A stretch of DNA of 64,000 bases from Isurus oxyrinchus (lineage: Eukaryota), in assembly GCA_026770705.1 (NCBI GenBank), contig JANJGN010000034.1, positions 5,022,001-5,086,000 of the forward strand, read 5' to 3'. Position numbers and translations under genes: made by a program. Numbering within the stretch: position 1 is the stretch's first letter; the number at the start of each line of letters is the position of its first letter. The notes beneath the pieces were generated by a model. That model saw only the letters and a list, made by a program, of their open reading frames with translations, did not search any database and was not told the DNA's origin. This document shows positions 62,805-64,000 of the stretch, piece by piece.

Positions 62805-63374
62805 GTAAGGGAGTTGCGAAGTTTTCATGCTTTCATAGAAATATGGTGAAACTGTTGCTTTTTTTTATAAATTAGATCCGAAACAGTGTTGTAGCAAAGA
62901 GTGCACGATGTTGGTAACCAACATTGGGACTGATGAACGAACATTTTGGCGGAGAGAGAGAGAAATATGAGCCTCTCATGCATATACATTATTTCGAAAA
63001 AAATATGAATACATAGGCTGTTGTTAGTCTCCCGCATATTGCATTGGTGAAGAATTCCCGGCAGCACTCCAGAAATATCCCATCCACGGACGAGCTTTGG
63101 GCGAAACCAGGGGTAGCAACTGGGATTAGATGAGTTGGGCACTGTGAATGTTAATTCGACTTTGAATATGGCGGCTCAGTGGCAATAGAATGCGGGACAC
63201 AATTGAGGGCAAAATCAAATAGCAAATCGTTCAGTCAAACATATCATAAGGTTTCATAAGGATATCACATCTTTGCCCGAAAAGGGTGATGCAAAATGCA
63301 GTGAACATGACTTCATGCCTTGTAAAAAAAAAAACATCAATACATACAAATTGTGAAAATCATCATTTTAATTT

Positions 63375-63890
63375 ATTCACTGAGTGAGAGCTGCGCTGTC
63401 TAGGCCAAAAGTTATTGCCCATCTCTAGTTGCCTTTGAGAAGGTAGTTGTCAGCTGCCTTCTTGAACCGCACTATTCCACGTCGTGTAGGTAAGCCCACA
63501 CTGCAATAATGATGGAAGTTCCAGGATTCTGACCCCTGGGCAGTGAATGAATAACAATGCATTTACAAGTCAAAATGGTGAGCGACTGGGAGGGGAGACT
63601 ACAGATGCAGCATTCCTATCTATTTTCTGCCCTCGTCCTCCTAGACGGTAGTGGTTATGGGTTTGAAGGCACTGTCGAAGGAACCTTGGTGATTTGCTGT
63701 AGTGCATCTTGGTAGAAGGCATAGGCCGCTGGTACTCTTCCTGTAAGGGTAGAGGGATTGAATGTTTGTTGATGTTGTGCTGCACTTTGTTTTGGATGGG
63801 GTCAATGTTTTTGAGTGTTGTGCAAGGTGCACTAGCAAAGGTAAGTGGGGATATTCCATCACAGAATAACCAAACCCCAAAGTGCAGAGG
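63375..63890 (-). mobile_element. LINE 3' end (same family as 20320-21450)
   Basis: SVMEYPHL motif; tail ttattgcccatctctagttgcctttgagaagg. Confidence 0.8.
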
Positions 63891-64000
63891 AGGCCAATCA
63901 GCACATCAATTCTGCACAGACATGTAACAAACACCTGACCTAATGTCCTAATCACATTTCACAGAACTAGACCTTTTGCTATGAAAGTTACGATATGCCA

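Overview
Eukaryotic, AT-rich, repeat-laden genomic DNA, very probably from a cartilaginous fish (shark). This is inferred from the CR1/L2 LINE tails, tRNA-type SINEs, two-gene Harbinger fossils and a palindromic Penelope-derived element. None of the ORF-track ORFs looks like an intact gene; they are transposon remnants or chance frames. The main signal is invisible to the ORF track: about 15 very short + strand exons (6-36 nt, all multiples of 3, all open in phase 1, all AG...GT bounded) spread from 11.0 to 62.8 kb. They splice into one stop-free 117-codon coiled-coil peptide with an internal repeat (LQADLDDCRKQL / LKAELDTCRSHL). I found no start or stop exon, so the gene probably extends beyond the window, and I cannot name it. 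The introns hold two tandem decayed PIF/Harbinger elements (HARBI1-like transposase plus Myb/SANT gene), many CR1/L2-clade LINE fragments (some with SGNH-esterase ORF1 remnants), SINEs, a young three-armed Penelope-type palindrome with a 13-bp TSD, and microsatellites. Exons were found by eye and have no transcript support. Repeat boundaries are approximate.
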